From Candidatus Uhrbacteria bacterium (GTDB lineage: Bacteria > Patescibacteriota > Patescibacteriia > UBA9934), in assembly GCA_018664485.1 (NCBI GenBank), contig JABJOE010000007.1:4353-68352 (forward strand): a DNA stretch of 64,000 nucleotides. The letters are read 5' to 3'. A model generated the notes under the pieces. The model saw nothing but the letters and a program-made list of their open reading frames with translations, was not told where the DNA came from and did no database searches. Every line of letters starts with the position of its first letter. Within the stretch, counting starts at the first letter, position 1. This document shows positions 37,978-46,302 of this stretch, piece after piece. Position numbers and translations under genes: made by a program.

Positions 37978-39723
37978 CTACAAAGGTAACTTTGAGGCAT
38001 CGACTGCTCGAGTAATGATATCCCCCACAGGAATAATCATATCCTCTTCTTGTCCAAAAACATTCACATTGAAGTCTCCGCCGGCAACCTCCTTCTCACC
38101 AACAACTATAGTCCAAGGCACCTTCATCATTGCGGCAGATCGGATCTTCTTTCCAACGCCTTCGTTGCTGTCATCCAATTCTACTCGTAAGTCCTCGGCT
38201 TCGAGCTTCACTCGCAACTCCTGCGCGAATCCTACGAACTCATCACTCACAGGCACGATACGAATCTGCTCAGGCGCGAGCCACAACGGGAACGCTCCAG
38301 CGTAATGCTCGATCATCACAGCCATGAACCGCTCAAGTGATCCTGAGATCGCACGGTGAATCATTACAGGCCGAACACGTTCGTTATTCTCATCAATATA
38401 CTCAAGCTCAAAACGCTCAGGTAGATTGAAGTCCAGCTGAATTGTTGCTAACTGCCACTCTCGGCCAATAGCATCCGTTGCAATGAAGTCGATCTTCGGC
38501 CCATAGAACGCAGCATCCCCCACAGCAACCTCATACTCCTCTCCAATATCTTCGAGCAGCCCCTTCAATAGACCCTCGGATTTTTCCCACACTTCTTTAC
38601 CACCAAGATATTTATCTGGCTTTGCAGGATCGTGCGCTGAAAGATTAATCTTTAACGGCATATCAAACGCCGCATAGAACTTTGTAATAATCTCATAGAT
38701 CTTCTGAGACTCTTCCTGAACCTGATCCAAGCGACAGAAAACGTGCGCGTCGTCCTGAGTAATAGATCTAACACGTGAAAGCCCCTGTAATTGACCAGTA
38801 TTCTCATCTCGATACACTGCAGTCACCTCACTGAAACGAAGTGGCAAATCACGATAACTACGCATCTTCGACGCAAAGATCTGTGTGTGATGTGGGCAGT
38901 TCATCGGCTTCATTACAAATGCCTGATCAGTCTTCTTACTTGAAATGTGAAAAATATCATCTGCGAATTTATCCCAATGACCGGACGTCTTATAAAGCTC
39001 GGCCTTCGCCATGTGAGGGATAGTAACGCGTGAATATCCGTGCGGTTTCATAAGTCGCCACACAAATTCAGAAAGACGTTCACGAATAACGGTCCCGCGT
39101 GGAGTGAACAACGGAAGTCCAGGTCCAACCAATTCAGAGAATGCAAACAAATCCAATTCCTGACCAAGCTTACGATGATCACGCTTCTTCGCCTCTTGAA
39201 GCATCATCAAGTGTTCCTTAAGCTTAGGCTTATTTTCAAATGCAACACCGTAAATTCGTGTAAGCATTTTGTTCTTTTCATCCCCACGCCAATAAGCACC
39301 GGCAACGCTCATCAACTTAAAGCTAGTCGGGTCGATCTCTTTAGCCTGCGCAACGTGAGGTCCCTTACACAAGTTTTCAAAGTCCCCTGACTTATAGAAG
39401 CTTACTGACTCCTCCCCCCTTTCTTTCAACTCGGTAATCAGCTCAACCTTGTAAGGATCATCTTTGTACTCTTTAAGTGCTGATTCAAAATCAACATCGT
39501 GCTGCTCGAACGCAACATCTTTGTTAATGATCTTTCGCATCCGTTTCTCGATATCTTTAAAGATCTCTTCGGAAATCGATTCAGGTAAATCGTAATCCTG
39601 ATAAAAACCGTTTTCGATCACCGGACCAACACCAAGGCCGGCATCCGGATATAACTCCAACACAGCCATCGTCATGATATGCGAAAGCGAATGTCTATTT
39701 TTAAATAATTGATCTTCAGTCAT
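37978..39723 (-). CDS. thrS: Threonine--tRNA ligase (no N-terminal TGS domain)
   Basis: RHSLSH, LCKGPH, RDHRKLG, KPMNCPHH and MIHRAISGSLERF motifs. Confidence 0.97.
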   Translation of the reverse strand: MTEDQLFKNRHSLSHIMTMAVLELYPDAGLGVGPVIENGFYQDYDLPESISEEIFKDIEKRMRKIINKDVAFEQHDVDFESALKEYKDDPYKVELITELKERGEESVSFYKSGDFENLCKGPHVAQAKEIDPTSFKLMSVAGAYWRGDEKNKMLTRIYGVAFENKPKLKEHLMMLQEAKKRDHRKLGQELDLFAFSELVGPGLPLFTPRGTVIRERLSEFVWRLMKPHGYSRVTIPHMAKAELYKTSGHWDKFADDIFHISSKKTDQAFVMKPMNCPHHTQIFASKMRSYRDLPLRFSEVTAVYRDENTGQLQGLSRVRSITQDDAHVFCRLDQVQEESQKIYEIITKFYAAFDMPLKINLSAHDPAKPDKYLGGKEVWEKSEGLLKGLLEDIGEEYEVAVGDAAFYGPKIDFIATDAIGREWQLATIQLDFNLPERFELEYIDENNERVRPVMIHRAISGSLERFMAVMIEHYAGAFPLWLAPEQIRIVPVSDEFVGFAQELRVKLEAEDLRVELDDSNEGVGKKIRSAAMMKVPWTIVVGEKEVAGGDFNVNVFGQEEDMIIPVGDIITRAVDASKLPL

Positions 39724-39798
39724 ACTATATTGTGATAAGTAATTCGATTACATCAGCTCTGTAATCCACACAAAATGGAATAAGCTTGGTGTCTAAAT

Positions 39799-39962
39799 AA
39801 AAAACGAGACAAACCCAATTCAATGGATTGCCTCGGGATCCAGCATATACCGGATGGTTCCACCCGAGTTGATCTATGCTCATTGCACAGAACCACTCTT
39901 TATACACGCGACAGGCGTGCGCTGGCTGCTCCTGGGTTGGTTAAGCCCTATCGTTACAGCCC
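39799..39962 (-). ncRNA. T-box riboswitch (Thr), transcription-attenuation type, ultrashort Stem I
   Basis: Antiterminator CUCGGG-UGGAACC-AUCCGG..CUGGAU-CCCGAG; overlapping terminator hairpin plus U6; K-turn Stem I with loop CUUAACCAA. Confidence 0.88.
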
Positions 39963-39966
39963 AATT

Positions 39967-39995
39967 ACATTACTACAAAATAGCCTGGAAAGCAA
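39967..39995 (-). promoter_or_regulatory. Sigma70 promoter of the thrS leader
   Basis: TTGCTT-N17-TAATGT places the transcription start at the base of Stem I. Confidence 0.55.
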
Positions 39996-40070
39996 TATAA
40001 TCGCCAGATAGCGCGTCCACTATTACAGCAAACGCGCTATTGGATCTCTCGATAAAACTGTTCTGCAAGC

Positions 40071-40304
40071 CTATTCTACACCCTCTAAAATATCAAGCAT
40101 ACTCTTTGCGTCTAGTCGACGTTGATCTGGAATTGAACCTTCTGGTGCACCAGCGATGCTCCGCAAGCTATCCATAACCTCAGCTCGATCCTCCGGGTTC
40201 TCAGTCAATCTCTGCAACTCTACACCTAACGCATCCTGATCCAGTGCAAGAATATCTTTCTTAGCTTCGAAAAACTCTTGACCGGGTTTTACTTCCATTT
40301 CCAT
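40071..40304 (-). CDS. Small acidic hypothetical protein
   Basis: 77-aa ORF downstream of the baseplate-J-like gene, with host-like composition. Confidence 0.5.
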   Translation of the reverse strand: MEMEVKPGQEFFEAKKDILALDQDALGVELQRLTENPEDRAEVMDSLRSIAGAPEGSIPDQRRLDAKSMLDILEGVE

Positions 40305-40314
40305 AAAATTGGTT

Positions 40315-41490
40315 TTAATAATCAACAATTATCTTAATATGATCTTCAAGAGTTGGAATGCGCTGCAGCCAGAATGGTGTAAAGCGAATAGAAATTTCAT
40401 CTATCAATTCTGAAGTTTCCAAAATTGTCTCCGCCTCCCCCGTCGTTCTACCAAGTAATCGTTCAGCGTCTAAAATGTCACTTGCAGTTGAAATGATTGC
40501 TGTACCATCAATGTAAACACGCAAGCTTGCCTGCTCCGCTGACGCATCCACCGACCGTACCTCAATAACATAACCATCACTTACTTCCGCAAGCTCATAG
40601 TCCTCACCTACCTGTCCCTGCAATAGAGCACTTGCGTACTGCAAAATGGTCTCCTCATCGTAGAAAAGTCCTGTAACTTGCACGCTCATTGAAGCTTCAA
40701 ACGACCCTGATTCTGACCCAACTTCAGCATCAACCGACTGTGTCAGAATTTCAACATCAACGTAAGCTCCATCAAATACATCTGTGTTAATACCAGACGC
40801 CAGTGCCAAAACTGCTTCATCGCGAGCGCGCGTCTCCAATGAAGCATAAGCATCTTGTATATGTGCCTCGCTCAACGCCTGAACATATTGAATGCCTCCA
40901 GTCATTGTATCCACGCTCACCGCGTATACCAATTCCTGAACAGAGACCGACAGTCCTGGAATTCTAAATTGCGTTGCTCCGACCTCGCCGCCTAGCCCTG
41001 GTTCATCTGCATGCGCCATCGTTGTCGCCTCTCCATAAGCTGGAACATTCACAGCTTCATCAATTCGGAAGAGAACGCCATCCTGCGACAAAAGTCGCGT
41101 AGTTGCAACCAAAGCCTGATCAGAACCTGTTTCGTTAATAAGCGTTACCAACCCACCAGCTTTTGCCTCAGATGCCGCAGCTCCTTCTTCTGGAAGTTCA
41201 AACGTATCTGACAGCTCTACATTTTGCTGGCGTACATACCCGCTGACCTGACCGCTTGTTCTAGCTTCGGGCACAACCTCCATACTCACCTCGTGACTCA
41301 CCACCTGCGCATTTGGTGTAACACGGATCGTAGCTGAGGAAATAGACAAATACAGAACAAAAAGAAGTAGCAAAAATGAAATTACTACAAACAATATAGA
41401 AATCCTCTGATAAACACGAAGCGATCGTGATAGAGGCTTATTCGCTACTTTCGATTTTCTCTTTTTTGTACGCTTTTTTTGTGGGACCAT
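40315..41490 (-). CDS. Membrane-anchored baseplate J/gp47-like protein
   Basis: Basic N-terminus plus TM; A.G.VT.IN, TR....DG..FR, A..PG..G and MTGG motifs. Confidence 0.65.
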   Translation of the reverse strand: MVPQKKRTKKRKSKVANKPLSRSLRVYQRISILFVVISFLLLLFVLYLSISSATIRVTPNAQVVSHEVSMEVVPEARTSGQVSGYVRQQNVELSDTFELPEEGAAASEAKAGGLVTLINETGSDQALVATTRLLSQDGVLFRIDEAVNVPAYGEATTMAHADEPGLGGEVGATQFRIPGLSVSVQELVYAVSVDTMTGGIQYVQALSEAHIQDAYASLETRARDEAVLALASGINTDVFDGAYVDVEILTQSVDAEVGSESGSFEASMSVQVTGLFYDEETILQYASALLQGQVGEDYELAEVSDGYVIEVRSVDASAEQASLRVYIDGTAIISTASDILDAERLLGRTTGEAETILETSELIDEISIRFTPFWLQRIPTLEDHIKIIVDY

Positions 41491-41505
41491 ATTGTATTCA
41501 TTATA

Positions 41506-44500
41506 CTACCGTACGTTCCCAGCTCCAACAATCTCAGCAATTTCGTCCAAAACCTTAGTCTCACGACGAACACTGTACTCAGTCGCTACCCTCCGTGCCC
41601 GAGACCCAGAGGTCACCAGAAGATACACCGGATCAGCTCCCGGATTGTCTACAAAAATGCTTCGGAGCTTGGTAATCATGTCGTGAGTCGGCTTTTCTGG
41701 AATTGTTATAAAAATACCTTCGTCTTTCGCTTCATCCATCCACGTGTCTTCTTCCTGCTTCTCCGTAGGCCAATTTCCACGTTTCAAATAATCGACAACT
41801 TCAGGGATATCATCCTGTGTAAACCTATGTAGCTGATCACAAAGCAGCGACCACTCCATAACATCATTACGCTCACGTGCAGCGACCTTCCCCTGAATCA
41901 ACGCAAGAGACCCTTCGACTAACTTGGATTGTACCTCACTATACATCTTTGGAAATACAACAATCTCCGCGGAGCCCGACCCATCCTCTAGGCGAACAAA
42001 AGCCATCGGTTCCTGTTTTTTCTTTGTAAGAATCTTCTTAACGCTTACGATCACTCCCCCAACACAAACTATCTCATCTTTCGCGCGTGAAGACAGAGTT
42101 GCAGCTTTTACAACTAGCCCATCGAGAGCGTCGTCCACAAGACTTGCAGGATGCGATGACACGTAAATACCGAGCAGCTCTCGCTCCCATGCAAGTAACT
42201 GCTCCTGATTCATCGGTTCTACTTCACGAAGTACAAAACGCTGAGTTTCCATAGTAGGTGACAAATCAAACATCGATGTCTGATTCTGAATCTTGTCTTT
42301 TTGAGCCTGTCGGTTGAACAACAAAATCTGATCTATGTTAGCAACTATTTGGCTTCTATCACCAAAACTATCCAATGCACCAGACTTAGCTAATGCATCA
42401 AGTGATTTTTTATTTAGTTGTTTTGAATCAAGTCGGCTAGCGAAATCTGCTAAATCTTCATAAAGCCCATTTTCTTTACGCTCGACCTGAATCGACTTTC
42501 CAACTTCGTATCCAACGTTTTTGATGGCAGACAACCCCCAACGAATATTTCCGGTTTCAGGAACAACAGCAAACCCAGGATATGACTCATTCACATCCGG
42601 TGACAACACTTTAATTCCAATACGCTTACACTCCTCAACCTCAATTGTAATTCGATCAATGGTGTTAATGTCTGAGTTCATCACGGCTGCCATAAACTCT
42701 GACGGATAACGAGCCTTCAAGTAGGCTGTTCGGTAAGCGATCAAAGCGTAGCAAGCAGCGTGAGACTTGTTAAAAGCATAGTCGGCAAATCCCTCCCAAT
42801 CCTTCCAAATCTTTGCAGCGATCGATTTCTTAACACCGTTTTTTACACAACCATCAATAAACGAGTCGTACATCTTAGCAAGAACATCTCGTTTTTTCTT
42901 TCCCATCGCTTTTCGCAAAAAGTCCGCCTCACCAGCCGTGAACCCTGCGAGCGCACGTGAGATTTTCATGATCTGCTCCTGATAGATCGTCACACCGTAT
43001 GTCTCCTTCAAAATCTCTTCCATGAGCGGATGATCGTACACCACTTTCTCGCGACCATTCTTTCTGTTGATGTACATCGGAACCATTCCGGCAGACAGAG
43101 GACCTGGACGATATAGCGAAACCATCGCGACGATATCTTCAAATTCAGTAGGCTTCAGCTCCTTGATATAACGACGCATTCCGTCTGACTCCAGCTGGAA
43201 CACACCAATCGTATCTCCACGACCAAGTAGATCAAAAGTTTTCTGATCATCGAGCGGGATCGTATCGATATCGATCGTATCGTTGTGAACCGCTTTAATA
43301 ATCTCCAAAGCATTTTCAATAATTGTCAGGTTTGAAAGCCCCAAAAAGTCCATTTTAACGAGCCCGACCGATTCTGCAGAATCCAACGAATACTGAGTAA
43401 TCAATGCTGTGTCTTCACGCTGCCCTTCTTTAAGAGGTACGCGGTCGATAAGCGGCAAATCTCCAATAACAAAACCACAGGCGTGCTGACTGGTGTGGCG
43501 TGGGTTACCCTCAAACTTTTTTGCAAGTTCAACAACTCTGCGAGCCATCGGATTACCCTTAAGTAGATCCGCCAAATCCGGATGCTCAACCTGTGCTATA
43601 GCAAGTGGAATGTGGCGACCCTGCACCGGCTGTGGTACTGCTTTTGCAATTATATCGGCTTCATCATACGAAAGTCCCAGAACACGAGCAGCATCACGAA
43701 CAGCCGCACGCGGCATAAGTTTTCCAAAAGTAATAATTCCAGCAACACGATCCTCTCCGTACTTATCCTGCACGTACTTAAGCACCTCCGATCGTCTGGA
43801 GTCCGCAAAGTCCATGTCGACGTCAGGCATCGAAACACGGTCTGGGTTTAAGAATCGCTCAAACAGAAGTCCATATTTCAACGGATCCAAATCTGTAATT
43901 CGCATCGCGTAGGACATTATCGACCCGGCAGCCGAACCACGCCCAGGACCAACCAAAATTCCCTGATCCTTAGCCCAAGTAACAAAATCGGCAACAATAA
44001 TAAAGTACGAACTGTAGCCCATTCGCTTAATAGTCTCATACTCAAACTCAAATCGCTCCATCACCTCCGGCGTGATCTCAGCGTAACGCTCCTTCAATCC
44101 CTTAAGCGCCAAGTCACGCATGTATTCGTTGTCGGACTTTCCCTCTGGCATTGGAAATATTGGGAGATAGTTATTCCCAAGATCCATTTTAAAGTTCACC
44201 GAGTCGGCAATCTTTTTTGTATTTGAAAGAGCTTCCGGGACATCACTGAACGCTTCGATAATCTCCTTTGGATCACTCATCGATAAATCTGTGTCCGATA
44301 CGCTTGTACGACGAAACTCCTCAAGCGTACGGCTACGCTGGATACAGAGCTGCGCTTCATACCCTTCCCGATCCTCCGGGTTTAGATAGAATATATTTTT
44401 TGTACAAACCATCTGCGCTCCGACTTCTTTTGCAAACGCCTTTAGCATGTCGTTCGCCTCAACTTGCCGTGGGAAGTCTGGATGATGAACGAGCTCGAGA

Positions 44501-45021
44501 TATACGTATTCCTTTCCAAAAATTTCCTGGAAAATTTCTAAAGTTTCTTTTGCTTTTTTAGTGTCCCCTCCTAAAAGTAATTCTGGAATTTCACCTGCAA
44601 CACCACCTGTCAAAACAGTAATCCCTTCGCCATGTTCGCGAAGAAAGTCTTTATCGATTCGAGGCTTGTAATAGAAACCGTCAATGAATCCTGATGTCGA
44701 TATCTTCAGCAGATTCTTGTACCCAACGTCATTGCGAGCGATAAGTGTTAGTCGATGATTCTTCTTATCAATTGCGGCACGCTTGTCAGTCATCTTGTCG
44801 AGTGCCACAAAAACATCTAAACCGATAATAGGCTTAATCTCGGCCGCTTCACATTTCTGATAAAACTCGACAGCACCGTATAGAGCCGCGTTATCAGTCA
44901 AAGCTAAAGCTGTCGCACCCTGCGATTTTGCACGCTCAACAAGCGCTTTTGGGCTTGGGAGAGCCTCAAGAAGCGAATAATGCGAATGCACGTGGAGATG
45001 TACGAAGTCCTTGGGGTCCAT
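41506..45021 (-). CDS. dnaE: DNA polymerase III alpha subunit
   Basis: HLHVHSHYS, GPGRGSAAGS, PDVDMD, KMDFLGL and YAFNKSH motifs; OB fold. Confidence 0.97.
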   Translation of the reverse strand: MDPKDFVHLHVHSHYSLLEALPSPKALVERAKSQGATALALTDNAALYGAVEFYQKCEAAEIKPIIGLDVFVALDKMTDKRAAIDKKNHRLTLIARNDVGYKNLLKISTSGFIDGFYYKPRIDKDFLREHGEGITVLTGGVAGEIPELLLGGDTKKAKETLEIFQEIFGKEYVYLELVHHPDFPRQVEANDMLKAFAKEVGAQMVCTKNIFYLNPEDREGYEAQLCIQRSRTLEEFRRTSVSDTDLSMSDPKEIIEAFSDVPEALSNTKKIADSVNFKMDLGNNYLPIFPMPEGKSDNEYMRDLALKGLKERYAEITPEVMERFEFEYETIKRMGYSSYFIIVADFVTWAKDQGILVGPGRGSAAGSIMSYAMRITDLDPLKYGLLFERFLNPDRVSMPDVDMDFADSRRSEVLKYVQDKYGEDRVAGIITFGKLMPRAAVRDAARVLGLSYDEADIIAKAVPQPVQGRHIPLAIAQVEHPDLADLLKGNPMARRVVELAKKFEGNPRHTSQHACGFVIGDLPLIDRVPLKEGQREDTALITQYSLDSAESVGLVKMDFLGLSNLTIIENALEIIKAVHNDTIDIDTIPLDDQKTFDLLGRGDTIGVFQLESDGMRRYIKELKPTEFEDIVAMVSLYRPGPLSAGMVPMYINRKNGREKVVYDHPLMEEILKETYGVTIYQEQIMKISRALAGFTAGEADFLRKAMGKKKRDVLAKMYDSFIDGCVKNGVKKSIAAKIWKDWEGFADYAFNKSHAACYALIAYRTAYLKARYPSEFMAAVMNSDINTIDRITIEVEECKRIGIKVLSPDVNESYPGFAVVPETGNIRWGLSAIKNVGYEVGKSIQVERKENGLYEDLADFASRLDSKQLNKKSLDALAKSGALDSFGDRSQIVANIDQILLFNRQAQKDKIQNQTSMFDLSPTMETQRFVLREVEPMNQEQLLAWERELLGIYVSSHPASLVDDALDGLVVKAATLSSRAKDEIVCVGGVIVSVKKILTKKKQEPMAFVRLEDGSGSAEIVVFPKMYSEVQSKLVEGSLALIQGKVAARERNDVMEWSLLCDQLHRFTQDDIPEVVDYLKRGNWPTEKQEEDTWMDEAKDEGIFITIPEKPTHDMITKLRSIFVDNPGADPVYLLVTSGSRARRVATEYSVRRETKVLDEIAEIVGAGNVR

Positions 45022-45147
45022 AGAGGAATCTTACCAGAAAGTATGAATCTCATGAAGTCCTTGGTTTTACCCAATCATTGACACTTTGTGTTAAATAGGC
45101 TACTATTTCGGGTCTTCGGACACTCGACCATCAACGAAGGATCCCTC

Positions 45148-45306
45148 GTGAACCCACTCGACTACATCAACCCCCTGAGGGTAATGCTCTTGGGACATCC
45201 CGTGAGCCGACGGCGCCACTGGTTGTCAAAGAGTTTCGAGAGACTCGTCATCCGACCTCGCCGCGAACGTCCTCCGGTCCCCTTCGCAAACGATACGTTC
45301 TGGTAG
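45148..45306 (+). CDS. GC-rich 52-aa Arg/Pro-rich hypothetical protein
   Basis: TTGACA(45078)-N17-TACTAT; GAAGGA 6 nt before the GTG; two GC hairpins downstream (45306-45363). Confidence 0.5.
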   Translation: MNPLDYINPLRVMLLGHPVSRRRHWLSKSFERLVIRPRRERPPVPFANDTFW

Positions 45307-45431
45307 ACGGCGCAACGCCGTCGCTAACCGTGCCGCCCCAAGTCGCCTGACTTGTCGGGCGGCTTCGTGCTTAAAGAGGTGTCATCATTTAAACCAAAAG
45401 AAGCCCTTGCGGGCTCCTTTATTTTGCAAAA

Positions 45432-45698
45432 CTATTTCTTTTTCGGCTTTACGACATTCTCGGCAGCCTTGCGAACATACCCACTCATCTTGCTTAAGTG
45501 ACCACTCCCCTTCTCTACCTTCATCTTCATTGCCTGTAATGCCTGTTCAACTTTTTCAATTGAAAAGCGTACCTCTTGCAAAACATCATTAAGCGATCTT
45601 AGCATCATTGCAAGATGGTATATAAACCAGCAAACAAATGCGGTAACCCACAGTACGCAAAATGCGATTACTATCAGTAAAATATCAGCAGCCTCCAT
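45432..45698 (-). CDS. Small TM plus coiled-coil protein (DUF948-like)
   Basis: N-terminal TM followed by a heptad-pattern helix. Confidence 0.6.
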   Translation of the reverse strand: MEAADILLIVIAFCVLWVTAFVCWFIYHLAMMLRSLNDVLQEVRFSIEKVEQALQAMKMKVEKGSGHLSKMSGYVRKAAENVVKPKKK

Positions 45699-45700
45699 AC

Positions 45701-45827
45701 ATAGAATTTAGTCATTCGGTCTATTTTCGACTCATGGGTCCCGTTAGCCAGCGTCAACGTACTATTTTGTACGCCTCCTTGACTGCCACCCCTTCATCGA
45801 AACTAGCCTCTAATGACTAAATTCTAT
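45701..45827. repeat. Long palindromic element, copy D (RPE-like)
   Basis: Perfect 16-bp terminal inverted repeat ATAGAATTTAGTCATT; core TCAACGTAC-tatttt-GTACGCCTCC. Confidence 0.8.
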
Positions 45828-45875
45828 CATATTAAGTGACAAACAAAAAAAGGGCCACTCGGCCCTTTTTATAAT

Positions 45876-46268
45876 TTACTTGATTGTAAATAAATCTTTC
45901 AGCTTCTTTGGCCACCCGTAGTAAAGCAGCAATGCCAACGGCGCTCCCCAGTTAGCTGATCGCTCGATCAAATCCCAGAATGGATCAGGACCGATTGGCC
46001 AACGAAGAAGTGCAGTGAACGCTCCCCAGATGAAAGCCCACAACAATACTCCTCGCAACGGTTTTACAAGCACCGCAAGAGCTACAAGCAAGTCCACGAT
46101 TCCGACAATAAGTAAGATCGTCACCATGGTCTCCTCACTCGTAATTCCAAACGGTTCAAAATACTTAAACCACCCTTCCTTACCTTGGAGTGCGAACACT
46201 CCGTGACCAATGAACTCTCCAGCGATAGCTACACGGAGAACCCATTCAAACATCTCTTTCTTTTTCAT
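45876..46268 (-). CDS. DoxX-like small membrane protein
   Basis: WVLRVAIAGEFIGHG N-terminus; 3-4 TM segments. Confidence 0.6.
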   Translation of the reverse strand: MKKKEMFEWVLRVAIAGEFIGHGVFALQGKEGWFKYFEPFGITSEETMVTILLIVGIVDLLVALAVLVKPLRGVLLWAFIWGAFTALLRWPIGPDPFWDLIERSANWGAPLALLLYYGWPKKLKDLFTIK

Positions 46269-46302
46269 AATAATGATGAAAAATTATACCTCAAGTATAC
46301 GC

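Noticed and set aside
40315-41490. Prophage or contractile injection system
   Set aside because: A lone baseplate-like gene amid housekeeping genes, with no other structural or integration genes.
16889-45363. Single-gene units as integron cassettes
   Set aside because: They are dispersed, carry their own promoters, show no recognisable attC RYYYAAC/GTTRRRY ends, and no intI is present.
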